This document shows positions 27,145-32,000 of a DNA stretch of 32,000 bases, piece after piece. Position numbers and translations under genes: made by a program. Positions within the stretch are counted from its first letter, which is position 1; each line of letters begins with the position of its first letter. The notes below the pieces were generated by a model that ran no database searches, had not been told where the DNA came from, and worked only from the letters and a program-made list of their open reading frames with translations. The DNA lies in NCBI RefSeq assembly GCF_000175255.2, contig NC_017262.1:1080001-1112000 (forward strand). The letters run 5' to 3'. This DNA comes from Zymomonas mobilis subsp. mobilis ATCC 10988 (GTDB lineage: Bacteria; Pseudomonadota; Alphaproteobacteria; Sphingomonadales; Sphingomonadaceae).

Positions 27145-27810
27145 TTAACCTTGATAGGCTTCACCACGAAAATTCTGGGCAATAACATACCATTCCGAAG
27201 ATTCCCGGCGGCTGGCGGGGGGTTTTGCATGTTTTACCTGACCAAAAAGGCGTTTCAATAAAGCGACCAAGTCTTTATCCGCGCCACCGGCCAAAACTTT
27301 GGCAACAAATGAGCCGCCTTCACGAAGGGTTTCGCTGGCAAAAACAGCGGCTTCTTCAACCAAAGCCATCGTTCTTAAATGGTCGGTTTGGGCATGACCG
27401 ATAGTATTTGCAGCCATATCGGATAAAACAAGATCAGCAGCACCACCCAAGGCTTCGATAAGTTTTTTCTGGGCTTCTGGGTCGGTAAAGTCATTTTGGA
27501 AAATGGTGACGCCTTCAATGGGCGCGGCTTCCAAAAGATCAATCCCAACGATTTTAGCTTGAGGTGCTTTTTTTCTGGCTACCTGACTCCAGCCACCGGG
27601 AGCGATCCCCAGATCAATGATACGTCTGGCATTTTTGAGCAAAGAAAAGCGTTCATCCAATTCTATCAATTTAAACGCCGCGCGTGAGCGATAGCCTTCG
27701 GCTTGTGCTTTCTGAACATAAGGATCGTTTAATTGGCGCTCTAACCAGCGGGTCGAAGCGGCAGTTCGCCTTCTGGCTGTTTTTACTCTTTGATGTCCCG
27801 GCGTTTTCAT
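27145..27810 (-). CDS. rlmE: 23S rRNA (uridine-2'-O-)-methyltransferase RlmE/FtsJ
   Basis: RSRAAFKLIELDERF, IIDLGIAPGGWSQVA, DLVLSDMAANTIGH and GGSFVAKVLAG motifs. Confidence 0.93.
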   Translation of the reverse strand: MKTPGHQRVKTARRRTAASTRWLERQLNDPYVQKAQAEGYRSRAAFKLIELDERFSLLKNARRIIDLGIAPGGWSQVARKKAPQAKIVGIDLLEAAPIEGVTIFQNDFTDPEAQKKLIEALGGAADLVLSDMAANTIGHAQTDHLRTMALVEEAAVFASETLREGGSFVAKVLAGGADKDLVALLKRLFGQVKHAKPPASRRESSEWYVIAQNFRGEAYQG

Positions 27811-28910
27811 AGAAATCTTTCTTGGTTAAAGGGTCTGCTGCAATAGCCATAACGGGCAATCAGGTCACGCAATATACCTTCGCGGATACCCCTATCAGCG
27901 ATATGAACCGCATTTATTGGCCATATTTCAACAATGGCATCTAAAATCGCGCAGCCAGCAACAATTAAATCTGCCCGATCTTCCCCGATGCAGGTGATTT
28001 TCGCCCTTTCTTTAATCGACATTAAGGAAAGCTGTTTACTGATCTGGCGTAATGCCGCCGTTGGGGCGATCAATCCATCTACCATGCGGCGATCATAGCG
28101 CGGCAATTCCAGATAAATACTGCCCAATGTGGCGACTGTCCCGCTTGTCCCAAGCAAGCTGCGTGGGGTGAGCCTTTGTTTTTTGAGGCGGTCAGAAAAA
28201 GAAAGAAACAGTTTTTTGACCTGTTCCTTCATCGCCTGATAGGCCTGCTTCCTGTCTGCTAGACTATTTCCGCGATATCCCAGACTTTCAGTCAGGGAAA
28301 CAACCCCCCATGGCACGGAAACCCAATCGAGCACTTTGGGGCCATTATGGTCGCTCATGGTGAGAATGAGTTCTGTCGAACCGCCGCCAATATCGAAAAT
28401 CAGGGAAGGAACGTCTTTTTCTGTTAAAAGCATATGACAGCCAAGAACCGCTAACTGAGCTTCTTGTTCTGCCGAGATGATTTCCAGCAATAGGCCTGTT
28501 TCTTTGTAAACTCGCTGCACAAAATTGCGACCATTCAAGGCGCGGCGGCAAGCTTCTGTAGCGACCGAACGTGCCAAGAAAACATTCCGTTTTCTTAATT
28601 TTTCAGCGCAAACACTAAGCGCAGCCAAGGCGCGATCAATAGCCGCATCGGAAAGCCGATGGCTGGCCGCCAAACCTTCCCCAAGACGAACGATTCTGGA
28701 AAAGGCATCAACGACCATAAAATCATGCTTTTCAGCACGAGCAATCAACAGACGACAATTATTGGTGCCAAGATCAAGCGCACCATAAACGCGGGGACGA
28801 GTCAGGTTAAACGTATTTTGGGGGCTGGCCACTAAACTGGAATCGGTCAGATAACGGCCGCCCGACCGTTGTCTAAAAGTCGGAACGGCCCTGAATAGAG
28901 GTGGGGCCAT
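27807..28910 (-). CDS. Ppx/GppA phosphatase family protein
   Basis: GALDLGTNNCRLLIA, FSRIVRLGEGL, LIFDIGGGSTELIL and GTSGTVATLG motifs. Overlaps the rlmE start. Confidence 0.93.
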   Translation of the reverse strand: MAPPLFRAVPTFRQRSGGRYLTDSSLVASPQNTFNLTRPRVYGALDLGTNNCRLLIARAEKHDFMVVDAFSRIVRLGEGLAASHRLSDAAIDRALAALSVCAEKLRKRNVFLARSVATEACRRALNGRNFVQRVYKETGLLLEIISAEQEAQLAVLGCHMLLTEKDVPSLIFDIGGGSTELILTMSDHNGPKVLDWVSVPWGVVSLTESLGYRGNSLADRKQAYQAMKEQVKKLFLSFSDRLKKQRLTPRSLLGTSGTVATLGSIYLELPRYDRRMVDGLIAPTAALRQISKQLSLMSIKERAKITCIGEDRADLIVAGCAILDAIVEIWPINAVHIADRGIREGILRDLIARYGYCSRPFNQERFL

Positions 28911-29071
28911 GATCGTCCTGTCCTAATGGTAGATTAAACGGCAAAATTACCGATTTGTTACAAGGGATAGTATAGATACGGGGGGCTGGCGGCAAGCATT
29001 GGAGGTCTAATTATCCGTGGTCGGCATAAAGCGAATGGGAACAAAAAATAGAAGTATTTTAAAAAAGAGGC

Positions 29072-29077
29072 TTGACA
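29072..29077 (+). promoter_or_regulatory. -35 box (TTGACA) of the likely tRNA-Gln promoter
   Basis: Perfect TTGACA, with a weak TAGTTC at 17-nt spacing, just upstream of the tRNA. Confidence 0.5.
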
Positions 29078-29113
29078 CTACCACCAGATAGCATTAGTTC
29101 GCAGCTCGAAAGT

Positions 29114-29187
29114 TGCCCCGTCGTCTAAAGGTAAGACTACGGACTCTGACTCCGTCAATTGTGGTTCGAATCCACACGGGGCATCCA
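29114..29187 (+). tRNA. tRNA-Gln (anticodon CTG), CCA encoded
   Basis: TGCCCCG..CGGGGCA acceptor, GTCT..AGAC D stem, ACGGA-CTCTGAC-TCCGT anticodon arm, TGTGG-TTCGAAT-CCACA T arm, T + CCA. Confidence 0.95.
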
Positions 29188-29669
29188 ATCAAAACCTCCT
29201 TTAAAATAAACCACTATCCTTCCTATATTAAGATCATTATTCCTTCATAGAATAATTCTGATAGGGCTTATTTATATTTCATTTTATTTCCTCATAATAA
29301 ATATATCTCCCCAATTTTAAGAAGATATATTCCTGTTTATTCGGATATTTCCCTTGAAATAGAAGGTTTTTATTATTTGATAGCGGTCATTTTATTTTGA
29401 AATAAGGCCTGTTCTTTCTTTTGTGATTTCTAATTTAAATTATCTCTATTCTTGCTGATAACCACGTTAGGTCAGCAAGCCATTAATCTGGTGATATCTT
29501 TTCCTCCTCTTACCAAGACATCTATTGACTCCTGATAGCGGAACGTGAACCCTCCTTTTCCGTGGAATCATACTGTCCCTGAAAACATATGGCGAAAGCG
29601 ATAGACTTGGGGCTGTTTTGTCCTGCGGGCTGTTCTGGCTCTATCTTGTTTTCATCCGAGGAGTATTTG

Positions 29670-29762
29670 ATGGCTGAAACCGACATACAGGCGGCAACAA
29701 AAAGCCGGATCGATAGCCTTTCAAATTCTAAAAATTGTAACTGTTTATTTTTCGATTATTGA
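29670..29762 (+). CDS. Candidate small ORF (30 aa) upstream of clpA
   Basis: ATG preceded by GAGGAG. Reads MAETDIQAATKSRIDSLSNSKNCNCLFFDY*. Not in the supplied ORF track. Confidence 0.3.
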   Translation: MAETDIQAATKSRIDSLSNSKNCNCLFFDY

Positions 29763-29869
29763 TAATTCATTGTATTGATAAATAATCATGCCATACCAAT
29801 ATACTCGATAAGACGAGCTTATTTAGGCATCTGATTTTATCCGATGCATCAGGAATAGGGAGTGGGAAT

Positions 29870-32000
29870 ATGCCATCTTTTGCCAAAGCCCTTGAGCAAA
29901 CACTTCACAATGCCTTGGCTATCGCCAGCCGTCGTCATCATGAATATGCCATGCTTGAGCATTTGTTGCTCGCCTTGATTGATGATGAACATGCTTCGCA
30001 AGTGATGGCGGGTTGCGGTGTCGATCTCGCAGAATTGAAGCGTTCTCTTACGACGTATCTCGATACCGAACTGGATGCTTTGAAAATAGAAGGCAACAGT
30101 GATCCTTCTCCTACGAGCGGTTTCCAGCGCGTGATCCAGCGGGCTATTTTGCATGTCCAGTCTTCCGGTCGGGATGAAGTGACGGGTGCCAATGTTTTGG
30201 TCGCCCTTTTCTCCGAAAGAGAGAGCTATGCCGTCTATTTTCTGCAACAGCAGGATATGAGCCGATTGGATGCTGTCAGCTTTTTAAGCCATGGTGTTGG
30301 AAAGGGCGGTGTCGCGGCGGATAATCAAGCCGAAGAAGAAAAGACCCAGCAGCGACCATCCGAGGTTTCTAAAAAGAACGAAAGCGCTTTGAAGCAATTC
30401 ACGGTTAATCTGAATGAAAAGGCTGAAGTTGGACGGATTGATCCTTTGATCGGTCGTTCTGCCGAAGTTGATCGCACAATTCAGATATTGTGCCGTCGTT
30501 CCAAGAATAACCCGCTTTATGTGGGTGATCCGGGGGTCGGCAAAACCGCGATTGCAGAAGGCCTTGCCCGTAAAATTATTGAAGATCAGGTGCCGGAAGT
30601 CCTGAAGGATACCGTCATCTATTCTTTGGATATGGGGGCATTGCTGGCTGGCACCCGTTATCGTGGGGATTTTGAAGAAAGACTGAAAGCCGTCGTAACC
30701 GAACTGCAAAAACAGCCGAAAGCTGTTTTGTTTATCGATGAAATCCATACGATTATAGGCGCTGGTGCAACCTCGGGCGGGGCAATGGATGCCTCTAACC
30801 TTTTGAAACCGGCTTTGTCCAGTGGGACTATCCGTTGTATTGGTTCGACCACCTATAAGGAATTTCGCAATCACTTTGAAAAGGATCGCGCTTTATTACG
30901 TCGATTCCAGAAAATTGATGTTGTCGAACCCACTGTCGAAGATGCCGTCAAAATTCTGAACGGCTTGCGGCCTTCCTTCGAAGAGCATCATAGCGTGCGT
31001 TACACCTCGGATGCCATTCGTTCGGCGGTAGAATTATCTGCCCGTTATATCAATGATCGCAAGCTGCCGGATAAGGCTATTGACGTGATTGATGAAGTGG
31101 GCGCAGCGCAAATGCTGTTACCGCCCTCCAAAAGACGGAAGGTCATTTTGGCCAAGGATGTGGAAGCTGTCGTCGCAACGATGGCGCGGATTCCACCGAA
31201 AACGGTCTCGAATGATGATAGCCAGATTTTGGCCAATCTTGAAACCGATTTGAAGCGGGTTGTCTTTGGTCAGGATAAAGCCATCAAGACTTTGGCTTCG
31301 GCGATCAAATTAAGCCGTGCCGGTTTGCGGGAAATGCATAAGCCGATTGGTAGCTATCTGTTTTCAGGTCCGACGGGGGTTGGTAAAACCGAAGTTGCCC
31401 GTCAGTTGGCTTCCTTGCTGGGTATCCCGCTGAAACGCTTTGATATGTCCGAATATATGGAACGTCATTCGGTTAGCCGTTTGATCGGTGCGCCTCCGGG
31501 CTATGTCGGATATGATCAGGGTGGTTTGTTGACCGATGCAATCGAGCAGAATCCGCATTCTGTTTTGTTGCTGGACGAAATTGAAAAGGCACATCCTGAT
31601 CTGTTCAATATTTTATTGCAGGTGATGGATAACGGTAAACTGACCGATCCGCATGGAAAAACGGTCGATTTCCGGAATGTCATTTTAATCATGACCAGCA
31701 ATGCCGGTGCTTCTGACATGGCTCGCGAAACGATCGGCTTTGGTGATCTGACGCGGGAAGGGGAGGATTTCGAGGCTATTAAAACGATGTTCTCGCCGGA
31801 ATTCCGCAACCGTTTGGATGCGGTGGTTCCCTTTGGCTATCTGTCGCCGGAAATGATCCAGCGAGTGGTGGACAAGTTTATTCTTGAACTTGAAATCCAG
31901 TTGGCTGATCGCAAAGTCGACATTGCCTTTGATGATGAAGCTCGCGAATGGTTAGGCAAAAAAGGCTATGATCGTCTCTATGGCGCTCGTCCTATGGGAC
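29870..32000 (+). CDS. clpA: ATP-dependent Clp protease ATP-binding subunit ClpA, partial (runs off the right edge)
   Basis: MPSFAKALEQTLHNALAIASRRHHEYAMLEHLLLALIDD N-domain; GDPGVGKTAIAEGLA and SGPTGVGKTEVARQLA Walker A motifs; GYVGYDQGGLLTDAI. Confidence 0.96.
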   Translation, partial: MPSFAKALEQTLHNALAIASRRHHEYAMLEHLLLALIDDEHASQVMAGCGVDLAELKRSLTTYLDTELDALKIEGNSDPSPTSGFQRVIQRAILHVQSSGRDEVTGANVLVALFSERESYAVYFLQQQDMSRLDAVSFLSHGVGKGGVAADNQAEEEKTQQRPSEVSKKNESALKQFTVNLNEKAEVGRIDPLIGRSAEVDRTIQILCRRSKNNPLYVGDPGVGKTAIAEGLARKIIEDQVPEVLKDTVIYSLDMGALLAGTRYRGDFEERLKAVVTELQKQPKAVLFIDEIHTIIGAGATSGGAMDASNLLKPALSSGTIRCIGSTTYKEFRNHFEKDRALLRRFQKIDVVEPTVEDAVKILNGLRPSFEEHHSVRYTSDAIRSAVELSARYINDRKLPDKAIDVIDEVGAAQMLLPPSKRRKVILAKDVEAVVATMARIPPKTVSNDDSQILANLETDLKRVVFGQDKAIKTLASAIKLSRAGLREMHKPIGSYLFSGPTGVGKTEVARQLASLLGIPLKRFDMSEYMERHSVSRLIGAPPGYVGYDQGGLLTDAIEQNPHSVLLLDEIEKAHPDLFNILLQVMDNGKLTDPHGKTVDFRNVILIMTSNAGASDMARETIGFGDLTREGEDFEAIKTMFSPEFRNRLDAVVPFGYLSPEMIQRVVDKFILELEIQLADRKVDIAFDDEAREWLGKKGYDRLYGARPMG

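Noticed and set aside
29114-29187. tRNA-Gln as an attachment site for the phage block
   Set aside because: Located 4.2 kb beyond the last phage gene with housekeeping genes in between; no partial tRNA copy noticed elsewhere.
29540-29650. Possible 6S or other housekeeping RNA upstream of clpA
   Set aside because: Only weak short complementarities (GATAG/CTATC) and no diagnostic conserved blocks were recognised.
1-32000. CRISPR array, retron, toxin-antitoxin or restriction system
   Set aside because: No regularly spaced repeats, reverse transcriptase, Cas, methylase or nuclease-type defence ORFs seen in either strand.

Overview
The codon usage, gene order and the tandem intracellular-type GH68 genes point to a Zymomonas-like alphaproteobacterial chromosome. 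This assignment is recalled knowledge; no search was run. Window order: partial Asp/Glu racemase (-); Lrp/AsnC regulator; small HTH genes; levansucrase and sucrase pair (GH68); tRNA-Val(CAC); lon (-); AlkA-like glycosylase; a compact phage head/tail morphogenesis block (about 8.48-24.86 kb: terminase small and large, portal, scaffold-like, major capsid, neck/adaptor, tail, ejection-like, S74 tail fibre, 884-aa tail-associated protein); GGDEF/EAL protein (-); rlmE (-); Ppx/GppA (-); tRNA-Gln(CTG); clpA (runs off the end). The main hidden feature is in the major capsid gene. It looks broken in the ORF track but can be reassembled exactly if a ~377-nt ORF-less group I self-splicing intron (13888..14264) is removed. 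P1, P3, P4, P5, P6a, P7 and P9 pairings, the CGAGCCAAGC / GGUGUAACGACUA / GAUAUAGUC core blocks, U at the 5' splice site and omega-G at the 3' splice site can all be read directly. Secondary observations: the phage block has no visible integrase, repressor, replication or lysis genes; there are structured non-coding RNA candidates upstream of levansucrase, between the GH68 genes and upstream of the scaffold gene; and the terminal 884-aa protein may be a glycan-active tail enzyme.
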